This document shows positions 44,877-56,224 of a stretch of DNA of 64,000 nt, piece by piece. A program made the position numbers and the translations under genes. A model generated the notes under the pieces. The model had not been told where the DNA came from and ran no database searches. It worked only from the letters and a program-made list of their open reading frames with translations. Source of the DNA: TPA_inf: Saccharomyces (lineage: Eukaryota); assembly GCA_000146045.2 (NCBI GenBank), contig BK006935.2:64001-128000 (forward strand), read 5' to 3'. Each line of letters begins with the position of its first letter. Position 1 is the first letter of the stretch.

Positions 44877-46430
44877 CTACCTGATAATAAAGTCAATTAT
44901 GAAGACGAATACGTAGCTTATGATGCTGCCCAGAGCTAGTCCTGTAGAAACGAAAATATTAGTGAATCCACCGGCCGCTTCCTTCTCGTCGTCGTTGTCC
45001 AGTTGCTCTGGCACCTTCATGAAACTCATAGAGATGACGTGCCCGTTGGTTACGCCGAAAAGGAACTGCAGTAGCATGTAACACAAGTCAACGATTACGG
45101 AGCCATTGTGCTCTTCATCGCCGCTTGAAGAGGAGGTGATGGCTGTGAACATCAAGAACAGTGGTATTGCGGCCACCCGCAACAATGAGTAGATGAAGGT
45201 TTTGCGTGGCGTAAATTTCTGGTCACGGAACATGGGCCAGTCGGCAATGACTCTTCCGTAAAGGTCGCCTAGGTTCCACAGCGTGAATATGAGAGGTATG
45301 TACTGTGCGTTGCTTAAAGGAAGCCCTGTCACGTAGGTGGCAGACGCAAATACAGGAAAAACAAGAGTTACGACAAACGTGGTGAATATGGAAAGAACCA
45401 GGTACTTTAGTTTGGCAAATAAGACCTCGAAAGGCACTTTTAGTTGGAGTTCCTCACCTTCGTCGTTGTCGTCGCGAGTGCCGTTGGTGCGGCGGTGGTC
45501 TTCATCCTCCATTTGGTCAATGCGGCCAACAATACGGATTTCCTCCTCATTGGAGCGCAGAGACCCTAACAACACATCAGTGATATGTCCGTCTTCCACA
45601 TTCCAATTCTCGTTCACTTTCCGACTGATTTTGCTCACGCTGAACATGACCACACAAATGGTGACCACGAGTGTTGTGGTAAAAAAGTATAGAAGAATCC
45701 CGCCCGTAGTAGACACAGAAGAGTTCTCGATGAAAGCTAGGGCAAAAAGCACTAGGGAGGGCAGGACACCAGCAACGGCTTGCCCCACCATGACACCTTG
45801 ACTGTACTCGGAACCGAAGACGTTGGCTATGGCCATGATACCATTCTGTGTCATGGCTGTCCCCATGGAACTGATCACTACAAGCATCATTATAAACATG
45901 AAATTGAACCATTTAGGTAAAAGGAAATGCAAAATTGTAAAGAAGCACATGACAGTAAAGACAATAATCTCCCACACAAGCCCGTTTATGACCCTTCTCG
46001 AGTATTTGTACTGTCTTTTGGCCAAGTAGATGTTGAACAGCATTGACGATATGGTAGAAAAGGACATCATAGAGCTTGTGAAGATCTTTGCCCAAATGGA
46101 GGTGTCTTTGAAAATATCGTGCTTAAAATATTGCGAGGCACTGAGGATACAGTTCCACGGCCATAAAAGACCTATTCCTATGGCGAAAAATGTAATATAT
46201 GAAAGATTTTTCAACTTTTTTCTTAACGGCAATGTATCCAGTGGTTCGGTTGACACAGATTGCTCTCTTTCAGAATAATTATCGCCTTCTTCATCTGAGT
46301 GCTCGTTGTTCTCTGATTCATGTTCTTCTCCAGAGCGTGATATCTCCTCTGAATGCGTATCGGCCAGTGCAGGCTCTGGCACCGCAAGGATTGGCTTCTT
46401 GATGGTATCAGTGTCCGCACTAGTACTCAT
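44877..46430 (-). CDS. FUN26: Equilibrative nucleoside transporter (ENT) family vacuolar protein Fun26, 517 aa
   Basis: ORF track 517 aa. Polytopic membrane protein. Position matches YAL022C. Confidence 0.9.
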   Translation of the reverse strand: MSTSADTDTIKKPILAVPEPALADTHSEEISRSGEEHESENNEHSDEEGDNYSEREQSVSTEPLDTLPLRKKLKNLSYITFFAIGIGLLWPWNCILSASQYFKHDIFKDTSIWAKIFTSSMMSFSTISSMLFNIYLAKRQYKYSRRVINGLVWEIIVFTVMCFFTILHFLLPKWFNFMFIMMLVVISSMGTAMTQNGIMAIANVFGSEYSQGVMVGQAVAGVLPSLVLFALAFIENSSVSTTGGILLYFFTTTLVVTICVVMFSVSKISRKVNENWNVEDGHITDVLLGSLRSNEEEIRIVGRIDQMEDEDHRRTNGTRDDNDEGEELQLKVPFEVLFAKLKYLVLSIFTTFVVTLVFPVFASATYVTGLPLSNAQYIPLIFTLWNLGDLYGRVIADWPMFRDQKFTPRKTFIYSLLRVAAIPLFLMFTAITSSSSGDEEHNGSVIVDLCYMLLQFLFGVTNGHVISMSFMKVPEQLDNDDEKEAAGGFTNIFVSTGLALGSIISYVFVFIIDFIIR

Positions 46431-46696
46431 TTTTGCAATCTGGTATGCTTTCTTGCGTTTGATGATAAGCTGTCGCCGTAACGTAAATCATTCATCCTTT
46501 CCTATGATTTTTTAAGTCAATTTTTTTTTCTTTTTCGGGAAATTAATTCTGTTTTTGGCATTAATAACAACAAGAAGAATTAAGGATTCGTTATAGAATA
46601 CAAGATTCTTGGTTTGGTTAAATAATTTTGGCTCTCTTAAATATTATAAAAAGATACTTAAGTAAGAAAGAAACAGGACGAAAAAGATACGCAAAA

Positions 46697-46716
46697 GAGA
46701 GAGAGAGAGAGAGAGA
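46697..46716 (+). repeat. (GA)10 dinucleotide microsatellite between FUN26 and CCR4
   Basis: gagagagagagagagagaga read directly. Confidence 0.9.
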
Positions 46717-46845
46717 AAAAAAAGATGAGAAAAAAAAGTATAACGTGAAGGCTTTATGGGAAGTGCGGTGAGATTGGGATCGTTTCAATTTTATAATGAG
46801 GTAGTGTACAGAGAGGAGGGAGGGAGTGGGATGAAAGTGTGCGGT

Positions 46846-49359
46846 TTATACTTTCTTACTGCCTGTGTTTGTCTTCATAAATTCAAATCTTGCTAACAAT
46901 GGTATATGGTCACTGGGGAATTTGTCGTTGGGGAACCCGATAAACTTACTCACGTATTCAGGGTCCACTTCACCCAATAGCCCACGCACCCTTAGAGCAT
47001 GTGTAGAAAACCATATATAGTCGATAACATCTGTGAATGACGGTGTGAAATTGGTGAATGGTAGTTCTCCGATACAATTATAACTTGATTTGAGAGCCAA
47101 GTTATGTGAGAAATTTTTCTCCGACATGTAACCGAAATCTCTACCATTTCCCTCTTGATGTATTTGGACACGGCCTGTATTTATCAATTCGTATACGGCG
47201 GAGTTGATGTATGAATTGAAGTCACCACAAATGAGCACAGGAAATTTCTTAATGTCCTGTCTAAAATTGTGCGATGTCTCCTCCTTTAGCAGCGTTTCCA
47301 GATGATCTAACAGGACACCTACTTGGAATGTCTTGACATCATTAAATTTTGGATCCCAGTGCAAATGCGTGGTGACCGCCCATATGGTGTCGCCACTAGG
47401 AATGTGTTGTAGCTTTAAGAACAGTGCAACGTTGTCTTTGTTCATTGCACGGTTTAAATAATCTTCAGTTCTTTGGAACTTCTTGTGTTTCATCCAAGCA
47501 CCGCTGAAATCCATGGCGTCTTTGGTGATCAACTTGAATTGGTCCCTTTTGAAAAAAATGCAACACCCGTCCACTTTCTTGGAGTCCTTGGAATGCATGG
47601 TCTTGGCTCTTGCCTTTGCATGGAAGATGCCTGTATAACCGTGCTTGTCCAATAGGGGCACCCAATACTCTTCAAAAGTCTTAGACTCCACTTCTTGTAA
47701 ACACAACAGATCACTGTCGTACGAGAGAATCTGCTCCTTTAATTTATTGCGCCTGTAATCCCAACTTAACGCCCACGACGGTGTGTAACGGTACATTTTT
47801 GGGGTGGCATAGTGTTGACATAAGGTGTTGTAGGATAAGACGGTGAACGTCCTCTTGGCTAAATCGGTGGCCAGATGCTCAGTGGATTGCTGCAAAGAAT
47901 CGTACTCCCTCTGTGGTTCCCCATCGGTATTGATTTCGATGAACCTACGTTCATGCGGTAAGGGAATCTCTGGTCTGTTGTCCCTTAGGTAGAAAATCAA
48001 TCCCGTGACAGATTTTTCTGTAAGGATCTTTAAAAACTGTTTTTCTAAGGGGTTTCCTTCTACACCAAGAAACTGAAGGTTACACAGGTTCCCAAACTCC
48101 CATGGTAATGTGGTGACCATGTTATCAAAAAAGTAGAAGTATTTCAATTGGAAACATGAGCCTAGTTCCGCTGGTAGAGATGTTAACCTATTATGCGACA
48201 GGTCCAAAACGCGTAGGTTGCTTAGGTTCTTGATCTCCGCTGGCAGTTCCGTGAGGCTATTGCCATTCAAATATAGTCTCGTTAGAAAATCGTACTTGAA
48301 GATGTTGGCGCTGATATTGAAGATTTGCAAGTTGGACAAATCTAGCGCGTGCCATAATTGGTCGTCGTATTTCGAGTCCTTGGGCATGACCATTCTGTTT
48401 TCAATGTCGTCATCTTCGTCGATGCTGTACTGAGACAGTTTCTTGTGTTGTAAGAGCGCCTGGTTGGCTTCGTCCTTGCCATTAGCAAACAGCTCTATCT
48501 TGGGAGTCAATGGTGTAGAAACTGCACTGTTAGTTGCCGTGCCTGAGGGAGTGCTATCTCCCGTAGGTTGTTGTTTCTTTGCTGTCTTGCTGTCGGTGAG
48601 AGTGTCGGCCATTTCCATCAAGGCTTGCTTTGTGCAGTCTACCAGTGATTTGGAGGCTTCTGCAATGTGAGATTGCTGGAAATCGGTGGGCTGCAAAGCT
48701 GGTGGTGCAGCCTGAGGTCCGGGGCCAAATGGGCCCGGGACCTGCTGCTGTGCCTGTTGCTGCGCTTGTTGCTGAGCTTGCTGAGCCTGTTGTGTAGCCA
48801 AATACTTCTTCATAGCGTTTTGTCTAGCATAAATGTTGGGTTGCCCCAGAGATTGTGCGGACACTGCAGCCAGATGCAATTGAAGCTTCCAGATCGGATT
48901 GTTTAGTAAAGAAGGGTCATCCAAGTGCGGGTGTAATAAAGGGTTACTGGCGTTCACATTGATGTTCACAGGCGTACCAACGGTAGGAACCATCCCTATA
49001 GAATTTACTGCGGCTGTGGAGGCATTCATCATCACCCCGCTTCCACCGCCGTTGTTGTTGTTGTTGTTGTTGTTGTTATTGTTGTTATTGTTGTTATCCA
49101 TGTTCATATTGAGCATGTTCGCGTTCCCATTAGCCAATTGGTCGAGCAACTGGCGCGAGTTGTTGTTGCTGGAAGTGTGTACATCGCTGTTGTTCATGAG
49201 TCCCGGTGGAGGTATCCCGGTGAGCTGGTTCATGTGTAGCTGCTGCTGTAGAGCGTTTGGTGTACCCTTTCCTAGTAGCCCGGCATGCTGCTGTTGCTGC
49301 TGTTGCTGTTGCTGCTGCGGGCCCACATTAGGGTAGCCTAGTAAAGAAGGGTCGTTCAT
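46846..49359 (-). CDS. CCR4: Ccr4, catalytic deadenylase of the Ccr4-Not complex, 837 aa
   Basis: ORF track 837 aa. N-terminal poly-Q and poly-N, a central LRR region, and a C-terminal EEP nuclease domain. Confidence 0.97.
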   Translation of the reverse strand: MNDPSLLGYPNVGPQQQQQQQQQQHAGLLGKGTPNALQQQLHMNQLTGIPPPGLMNNSDVHTSSNNNSRQLLDQLANGNANMLNMNMDNNNNNNNNNNNNNNNGGGSGVMMNASTAAVNSIGMVPTVGTPVNINVNASNPLLHPHLDDPSLLNNPIWKLQLHLAAVSAQSLGQPNIYARQNAMKKYLATQQAQQAQQQAQQQAQQQVPGPFGPGPQAAPPALQPTDFQQSHIAEASKSLVDCTKQALMEMADTLTDSKTAKKQQPTGDSTPSGTATNSAVSTPLTPKIELFANGKDEANQALLQHKKLSQYSIDEDDDIENRMVMPKDSKYDDQLWHALDLSNLQIFNISANIFKYDFLTRLYLNGNSLTELPAEIKNLSNLRVLDLSHNRLTSLPAELGSCFQLKYFYFFDNMVTTLPWEFGNLCNLQFLGVEGNPLEKQFLKILTEKSVTGLIFYLRDNRPEIPLPHERRFIEINTDGEPQREYDSLQQSTEHLATDLAKRTFTVLSYNTLCQHYATPKMYRYTPSWALSWDYRRNKLKEQILSYDSDLLCLQEVESKTFEEYWVPLLDKHGYTGIFHAKARAKTMHSKDSKKVDGCCIFFKRDQFKLITKDAMDFSGAWMKHKKFQRTEDYLNRAMNKDNVALFLKLQHIPSGDTIWAVTTHLHWDPKFNDVKTFQVGVLLDHLETLLKEETSHNFRQDIKKFPVLICGDFNSYINSAVYELINTGRVQIHQEGNGRDFGYMSEKNFSHNLALKSSYNCIGELPFTNFTPSFTDVIDYIWFSTHALRVRGLLGEVDPEYVSKFIGFPNDKFPSDHIPLLARFEFMKTNTGSKKV
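49051..49098 (-). repeat. CCR4: (AAC/AAT)16 run encoding poly-Asn in CCR4
   Basis: gttgttgtt...attgttgtt on the + strand. Translates to N16 in CCR4. Confidence 0.9.
49285..49317 (-). repeat. CCR4: (CAG/CAA)11 run encoding poly-Gln in CCR4
   Basis: ctgctgttgctgctg... on the + strand. Translates to Q11 near the Ccr4 N-terminus. Confidence 0.9.
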
Positions 49360-49613
49360 TAGCGGTAGTTTGCAGGGATAACGTCAGTCGGAGTTCCCTT
49401 GCTGGTGTCCCTTATGCTGTGCCCTTGTGCTTGAGAACCTTCTCTAAGGTGGAAACTTTTTCAAATTTTTTCGTTGTTGGCCCGTTTTTCGCAAGTACGG
49501 GCGATAACAAAAGGCCTAAACGGCTACTTTACCTTTGAGATCTACCACGATGAGAATTAATGCTGAATGGACATCTATGTATATGATAGTGGGTATATAG
49601 TTACTTATCAGTG

Positions 49614-50615
49614 CTAGAGCACGATCCACGTGGTGGCACATCCGCCAAACACGCGAGGTTTTCCAGAGTATTGGCCCACGAGCTGCAGTCCAGGCTGGGA
49701 GCCCTTTTGCGGGCCGCAGTTGCCATGCTCTCCCCAGCCCCAGCAGTATACATTGTAACAGTGAGACTTGCCTTCTTGATTAGCAGTAGTTAGAATACCG
49801 TGCTCACTCCCGGTTGCAACACCGACAATAGGGAAGTCTAGGCGCTCTTGCGGGAAGAGTTGGGAATGTGTGCCCCTACCAAACGACTCTACCGTATTGA
49901 GGCGCGCATTCCACAGGTGGATCGAGGTCCACATGCACAGTACCACTAGATTGTGTCTTTTTTGCTGTTGTTTGAGCTCGAACCCAGTGGGCAGGCGACC
50001 GGATGCGTGCACTATGCGGCCGCCCTCGTCCACTATGACCATGAAGTCCTTGCCCATGGCCACGTAGTCTACGGCCACAGACCCGGTATCGTACACCAAT
50101 ACGGGCTCTTTCAGTGATCGGGATTTGGGCTCTTGCAATTGACACTTTGTGTTGCTGCCCCAGCCGTATACTCGGGTGCCTTGCACCACCACAAAGTTCT
50201 GGAAACATCCGTATACTGCGATGCGCTCATCGTTGGAATTCAATGGCACATGTTGCTGAGTGAACTCGTAGCAACCGCCTCCTCTCTGCCATACACGGCC
50301 ATCAGCATCCACAATAACTGTCGTGTCCCAGCCGCACGCCACATCCACCACGGGTGCCGGTACTTCCACGGGCCTCCAGTCATGCACCTGCCGCAGTGCT
50401 TGCGCACTATCCAGTTCTCCCCGTCTGTTATCTCCACATCCTACCAGATTCCCGTCATTTGTCAGCATCACGCTGTGGTTCCCACCGCACGCTATCTTCC
50501 TGACTATTGCTCCATCATCTCCTGGCACAGACCTCTGTGGGGTATCCATATCCTCATCGTGCCCCAGTCCCAGTTGCCTTTGCCCATTAGACCCAAACGC
50601 ATACACACAACTCAT
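49614..50615 (-). CDS. ATS1: Ats1/Kti13, RCC1-repeat protein, 333 aa
   Basis: ORF track 344 aa. The known protein begins at Met 12 ([16 protein letters not shown]...). RCC1 beta-propeller repeats. Confidence 0.88.
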
Positions 50616-50918
50616 CGATACAAGCCTGTTATAGCCTTTAATGATCACATTCCATCACTTGCGCTTTGGATCTGCCTGCATTATCAAGGCTCAAACGGCT
50701 GCGTTACCCCCGTCGCCGCGAAATTTTTCATAATTTTTCACTTTGTAGGATTAAAAGAGATCATGAGCCCATCTCGCAATGCAACACGTAACTTAAATCA
50801 GTACTGGCGTGTGCTATAGTGCTCTATATTCGAGTTTGTTGCTACTGGTGGACACCCGACTATCTACAGTAAGGAACGTAAACAAGAAAAAGAGAGAAAA
50901 TACGCTATAGTTGAAAAC

Positions 50919-53900
50919 ATGAGTGGTTCGCATTCAAATGATGAGGATGACGTAGTGCAAGTGCCCGAGACGTCCTCTCCCACCAAGGTAGCATCGTCGT
51001 CTCCCTTAAAGCCTACTTCGCCAACAGTTCCGGATGCAAGTGTGGCGTCTTTGAGAAGCAGGTTTACTTTCAAGCCTTCAGATCCCAGCGAAGGAGCTCA
51101 TACTTCGAAGCCGCTCCCATCTGGGAGTCCTGAGGTAGCACTGGTTAACCTTGCGAGAGAGTTCCCCGATTTCTCTCAAACTCTGGTGCAGGCTGTTTTC
51201 AAATCTAACTCTTTTAACTTACAGTCTGCCAGGGAACGTCTTACAAGATTGAGGCAGCAAAGACAAAATTGGACATGGAACAAGAACGCATCTCCCAAGA
51301 AGTCAGAAACCCCGCCACCTGTCAAGAAGTCATTACCACTGGCAAACACAGGCCGTTTATCATCTATCCATGGCAATATCAACAACAAATCCTCCAAGAT
51401 TACCGTGGCCAAACAGAAAACGTCCATTTTTGACCGTTACTCAAACGTCATCAACCAGAAACAATACACTTTTGAGCTGCCAACTAACTTGAATATAGAC
51501 TCGGAGGCACTGAGCAAGTTGCCCGTGAACTACAACAAAAAGAGAAGGCTGGTAAGGGCAGATCAGCATCCAATTGGCAAGTCTTATGAGTCATCCGCTA
51601 CACAATTAGGTTCTGCAAGAGAGAAACTACTGGCGAACCGCAAATACGGTCGTCATGCAAACGACAACGATGAAGAGGAGGAAGAGAGTATGATGACGGA
51701 CGATGACGATGCAAGTGGCGACGACTACACAGAATCCACGCCGCAGATAAATCTGGATGAACAAGTTTTACAGTTTATTAATGACTCTGATATTGTCGAT
51801 CTCTCGGACCTCTCAGATACCACGATGCATAAGGCTCAACTCATAGCCTCACATAGGCCATATTCTTCTTTAAATGCCTTTGTAAACACAAATTTCAATG
51901 ATAAGGACACTGAGGAGAACGCATCGAACAAGAGAAAAAGACGTGCGGCTGCATCCGCCAATGAGAGTGAGAGGCTGCTCGATAAAATCACCCAAAGTAT
52001 AAGAGGTTACAATGCAATTGAGTCTGTGATCAAGAAATGTTCTTCCTACGGTGATTTGGTCACTTCGCAAATGAAGAAATGGGGTGTGCAAGTGGAAGGC
52101 GATAACTCTGAGTTGGACCTGATGAACCTTGGGGAAGACGATGACGACGACAATGATGATGGCAATAACGATAATAATAATAGCAACAATAACAATACCG
52201 CTGGCGCAGACGCCACTAGCAAGGAAAAAGAAGATACAAAGGCCGTAGTGGAAGGTTTTGATGAAACTAGCGCAGAACCTACTCCAGCACCAGCACCAGC
52301 ACCAGTGGAAAGAGAAACAAAACGAATTAGAAACACAACTAAGCCAAAAGTGGTCGAAGATGAAGATGACGATGTAGATTTGGAGGCAATCGATGACGAA
52401 TTGCCGCAGTCTGAGCATGAAGATGATGACTATGAAGAGGAGGACGAAGACTATAACGATGAGGAAGAAGATGTGGAATATGATGATGGTGACGATGATG
52501 ACGATGATGACGATGAATTTGTCGCTACCAGAAAAAACACACACGTGATCTCCACCACGAGCAGAAATGGCCGTAAACCTATTGTCAAGTTCTTCAAGGG
52601 CAAACCCAGACTGTTAAGCCCGGAAATTTCACTAAAAGACTACCAACAAACGGGTATAAACTGGTTGAATCTGCTATACCAAAACAAGATGTCATGTATC
52701 CTTGCAGACGACATGGGTCTAGGTAAAACATGTCAAGTCATTTCATTTTTCGCATATTTGAAACAAATAAACGAACCGGGTCCTCACTTGGTTGTTGTGC
52801 CATCATCGACGCTAGAAAATTGGTTAAGGGAGTTCCAGAAATTCGCACCTGCTTTGAAGATTGAACCCTACTATGGCTCTTTACAAGAAAGGGAAGAATT
52901 GCGTGATATCCTGGAAAGGAACGCTGGGAAATATGATGTTATCGTGACCACGTATAACTTGGCTGCAGGTAATAAATACGACGTTTCGTTTTTGAAAAAT
53001 AGAAACTTCAATGTTGTGGTTTATGATGAAGGTCATATGTTGAAAAATTCCACTTCAGAGAGATTTGCCAAACTGATGAAAATTCGTGCCAATTTCCGCC
53101 TTTTATTAACTGGTACGCCATTACAAAATAACTTGAAGGAACTAATGTCGCTGTTGGAATTTATCATGCCAAATCTTTTCATTTCCAAAAAGGAATCATT
53201 TGACGCAATCTTCAAACAACGTGCCAAGACCACAGACGATAACAAAAATCACAACCCGCTATTAGCGCAAGAAGCCATTACAAGAGCTAAAACGATGATG
53301 AAGCCATTTATTTTGAGAAGACGTAAGGATCAAGTGTTGAAACATTTGCCACCAAAGCACACGCATATTCAGTATTGTGAATTGAACGCAATACAAAAAA
53401 AAATATATGATAAGGAAATACAAATCGTGTTAGAACATAAGAGAATGATTAAAGATGGCGAATTGCCAAAAGATGCAAAAGAAAAGTCTAAATTACAATC
53501 TTCAAGTTCCAAAAATTTAATAATGGCATTGCGAAAGGCCTCTCTGCATCCACTTTTGTTCAGAAATATCTATAATGATAAAATCATCACTAAAATGAGT
53601 GATGCCATATTGGATGAACCTGCTTATGCTGAAAACGGTAACAAAGAGTATATTAAGGAAGATATGAGCTATATGACGGATTTTGAGTTGCACAAACTAT
53701 GCTGCAATTTCCCGAACACGTTATCCAAATACCAACTTCATAATGACGAGTGGATGCAATCTGGGAAGATAGACGCTTTGAAAAAATTGCTGAAAACAAT
53801 CATTGTTGACAAACAGGAAAAGGTGCTGATATTTTCCTTATTCACTCAAGTCCTGGATATTCTAGAGATGGTTTTGTCCACCTTAGATTATAAATTTTTA

Positions 53901-54314
53901 AGATTAGATGGTTCCACGCAAGTGAATGATAGACAACTACTAATAGATAAGTTTTATGAAGATAAGGATATTCCCATTTTCATCTTATCAACAAAGGCAG
54001 GTGGATTCGGTATTAATTTGGTGTGCGCAAATAATGTTATTATATTCGATCAAAGTTTTAACCCACATGATGACAGACAAGCTGCTGATAGGGCACATCG
54101 TGTGGGACAAACAAAGGAAGTTAATATAACCACTTTAATTACTAAGGATTCCATAGAGGAAAAGATTCATCAACTGGCCAAAAATAAACTAGCTTTAGAT
54201 TCGTATATCAGTGAAGATAAAAAATCTCAAGATGTGTTGGAAAGTAAAGTTAGTGATATGTTGGAGGATATAATTTATGATGAAAACTCGAAACCGAAGG
54301 GAACCAAAGAATAA
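50919..54314 (+). CDS. FUN30: Fun30, Snf2-family chromatin remodeller, 1131 aa
   Basis: ORF track 1131 aa. CUE-like N-terminal region, acidic poly-D stretch, Snf2 ATPase motifs (DEGHMLKN, helicase C). Confidence 0.96.
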   Translation: MSGSHSNDEDDVVQVPETSSPTKVASSSPLKPTSPTVPDASVASLRSRFTFKPSDPSEGAHTSKPLPSGSPEVALVNLAREFPDFSQTLVQAVFKSNSFNLQSARERLTRLRQQRQNWTWNKNASPKKSETPPPVKKSLPLANTGRLSSIHGNINNKSSKITVAKQKTSIFDRYSNVINQKQYTFELPTNLNIDSEALSKLPVNYNKKRRLVRADQHPIGKSYESSATQLGSAREKLLANRKYGRHANDNDEEEEESMMTDDDDASGDDYTESTPQINLDEQVLQFINDSDIVDLSDLSDTTMHKAQLIASHRPYSSLNAFVNTNFNDKDTEENASNKRKRRAAASANESERLLDKITQSIRGYNAIESVIKKCSSYGDLVTSQMKKWGVQVEGDNSELDLMNLGEDDDDDNDDGNNDNNNSNNNNTAGADATSKEKEDTKAVVEGFDETSAEPTPAPAPAPVERETKRIRNTTKPKVVEDEDDDVDLEAIDDELPQSEHEDDDYEEEDEDYNDEEEDVEYDDGDDDDDDDDEFVATRKNTHVISTTSRNGRKPIVKFFKGKPRLLSPEISLKDYQQTGINWLNLLYQNKMSCILADDMGLGKTCQVISFFAYLKQINEPGPHLVVVPSSTLENWLREFQKFAPALKIEPYYGSLQEREELRDILERNAGKYDVIVTTYNLAAGNKYDVSFLKNRNFNVVVYDEGHMLKNSTSERFAKLMKIRANFRLLLTGTPLQNNLKELMSLLEFIMPNLFISKKESFDAIFKQRAKTTDDNKNHNPLLAQEAITRAKTMMKPFILRRRKDQVLKHLPPKHTHIQYCELNAIQKKIYDKEIQIVLEHKRMIKDGELPKDAKEKSKLQSSSSKNLIMALRKASLHPLLFRNIYNDKIITKMSDAILDEPAYAENGNKEYIKEDMSYMTDFELHKLCCNFPNTLSKYQLHNDEWMQSGKIDALKKLLKTIIVDKQEKVLIFSLFTQVLDILEMVLSTLDYKFLRLDGSTQVNDRQLLIDKFYEDKDIPIFILSTKAGGFGINLVCANNVIIFDQSFNPHDDRQAADRAHRVGQTKEVNITTLITKDSIEEKIHQLAKNKLALDSYISEDKKSQDVLESKVSDMLEDIIYDENSKPKGTKE

Positions 54315-54563
54315 ATAAATAAAAATATAGTAAAAAAGTAAATAGATAAGCAGAAAATAAACCAAAAAAATAACATATTTATTTTCTTCTGCGTGAACGC
54401 ACCATGTGGAAAAAGAGAGTTGATAGAACAAAGGACAAAGAAATTTAGAACGGTAAAAATATTTTCTAGAGTATAATATACATATATGTGTATATATACA
54501 TAGGTTAGTATGTATAGCTAGGTAATTTTAATCTGGGGAGAGAAATGGTGAACTTTTTTCAAT

Positions 54564-55541
54564 TTATTGATTCGGTTGTTGATTGATATCTTGTGGTGCT
54601 GCTTCAATTTCAGCTTGAGTTTCTACTAAATTTTCAGGGACCATTGGATGATCAAGGTTAAATAAAACGCTACCAATAGTATTTGTAGAAATGGCAAAGC
54701 CCGCTAAAATGGGCACGGACTCAATCAAACCGGCCAAGAAACCAAATGAGGCATATTGGCCAGCGTGGAGATAAATATTTTCACGTCTTTGTATGTTGTC
54801 GAAATTTTGTAAACGTAAAACTTTCGTGAAGTAAATTTGAGTGATGAAAGGAGAAATTAAAATATGAAAAAGGATTGGTCCAATAAGTGGGAAAAAAGAT
54901 ATAACCAACAGCACAAAAAGAACCGACAGGCCTAACATGTACTTGACCAACTTGAATGGGAAATAGTAAGCCCAGAAATATATCGAGTTAATAGGTGCAT
55001 AGTACTTGATTGGTTTGACTTCACTCAAATTCTCCTCTAAACCATTCTTCTCTAAGCACACCTCCACTAAATGATTATTAAAATGACTGAGTCTCATAAA
55101 CAATAAAGTGAAAACATTTGCTTGCAAAAAGGAATGAAAAATGGCAATGAAAAGCCCAATAGGGCCCAGCACAATCAAAAAAGCTGTGTACATTGGCGTA
55201 ATTGTAGCCCAATACACAAAGCTTACCAGGGCAAACATTATCAAGTAACTCGATAATATACCTAACATAGTCGTTGAGTAACTGCTCTTATTGGTGTTGA
55301 ACTCTAAAAACCCTTTGAACGGGTACATGAATGCACCTCCTGTGAATGCATCTTTGAAAAAGTTCATTAGCACGTATCTGGTACGGCTCATAACTTTGCT
55401 GAAGTGCTTCTTGTAAACTTTATCCAAGTACTGATTGAAGGGGATGTTGACATATGGCAGTTTTTCATACGATTGGCCTCCGCCAAACTTGTACACCAAA
55501 CCACCAATACCTGCCAGCGCTAATGAACCTGTAAAACTCAT
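54564..55541 (-). CDS. LDS1: Lds1, polytopic membrane protein of the spore-wall lipid-droplet family, 325 aa
   Basis: ORF track 325 aa. Several TM helices. Position matches YAL018C. Confidence 0.82.
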   Translation of the reverse strand: MSFTGSLALAGIGGLVYKFGGGQSYEKLPYVNIPFNQYLDKVYKKHFSKVMSRTRYVLMNFFKDAFTGGAFMYPFKGFLEFNTNKSSYSTTMLGILSSYLIMFALVSFVYWATITPMYTAFLIVLGPIGLFIAIFHSFLQANVFTLLFMRLSHFNNHLVEVCLEKNGLEENLSEVKPIKYYAPINSIYFWAYYFPFKLVKYMLGLSVLFVLLVISFFPLIGPILFHILISPFITQIYFTKVLRLQNFDNIQRRENIYLHAGQYASFGFLAGLIESVPILAGFAISTNTIGSVLFNLDHPMVPENLVETQAEIEAAPQDINQQPNQ

Positions 55542-56158
55542 TTCCTGTTGTTGTTATTGTTTGTATAATGTACCTTTGTTCCCTACACTATAACAACACT
55601 TATTCGTGGCAAGAACGAAAATAAAAAATGATTTGAAACTTCCTTTTCCACATCTATATCTATATATATATGTATATGTATAATACTTATTACTATGATA
55701 TTATTCCATGTGTCACAAAACCAGAAAGATCCCGTCGTATTATTGAGTCACGTGCTTTATTCCATGGCGGGTAATAAATATTAAAACAAGGGTTTTTTAA
55801 GTAAATGATTACATGCTAAGGAAGTGGTGAATAAGATTTGGCAAGGGGCAGGTCGCTAACCACAACATAGCATTCGTTGAAAAGGAAATCAACGTTACAA
55901 AGTGCAGTTTTTTGTATTATTTTCCTATTATCCTCTTCTTTTCCTTTGTTTCAGGCGTCGTTGCACCTTTTTGCTATACAAAAGCTCATAAAAGATTAGA
56001 AACCCCGGATATCGTCACAACAGCGGTATATTATAGTTATTTTGCATCTTTTTGGTAAGTCAGAAATTAGAAACAGTAGCTTACCAATTGAGTGAAAGTT
56101 TCCGTTCGTCATCTCCCTCTTTTGTTTTTTTTCACCTTTGTTTTTCTGTTTCTTCTAT

Positions 56159-56183
56159 TTTTGTTTTGTTTTGTTTTGTTTTG
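56159..56183 (+). repeat. (TTTTG)5 pentanucleotide repeat about 45 bp upstream of the PSK1 ATG
   Basis: G at a 5-nt period (56163, 68, 73, 78, 83), read directly. Confidence 0.9.
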
Positions 56184-56224
56184 TTCTCTCCCTAATTTGC
56201 ATATAGGTAAACATCAAAGAAGTA

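Noticed and set aside
48218-49336. Several plus-strand ORFs antisense to CCR4, including a poly-L/poly-C peptide
   Set aside because: Products of the CAG and AAC repeat regions read on the wrong strand.
50133-50819. 228-aa plus-strand ORF antisense to ATS1
   Set aside because: Fully antisense to a verified RCC1-repeat gene. No domain. Dubious.
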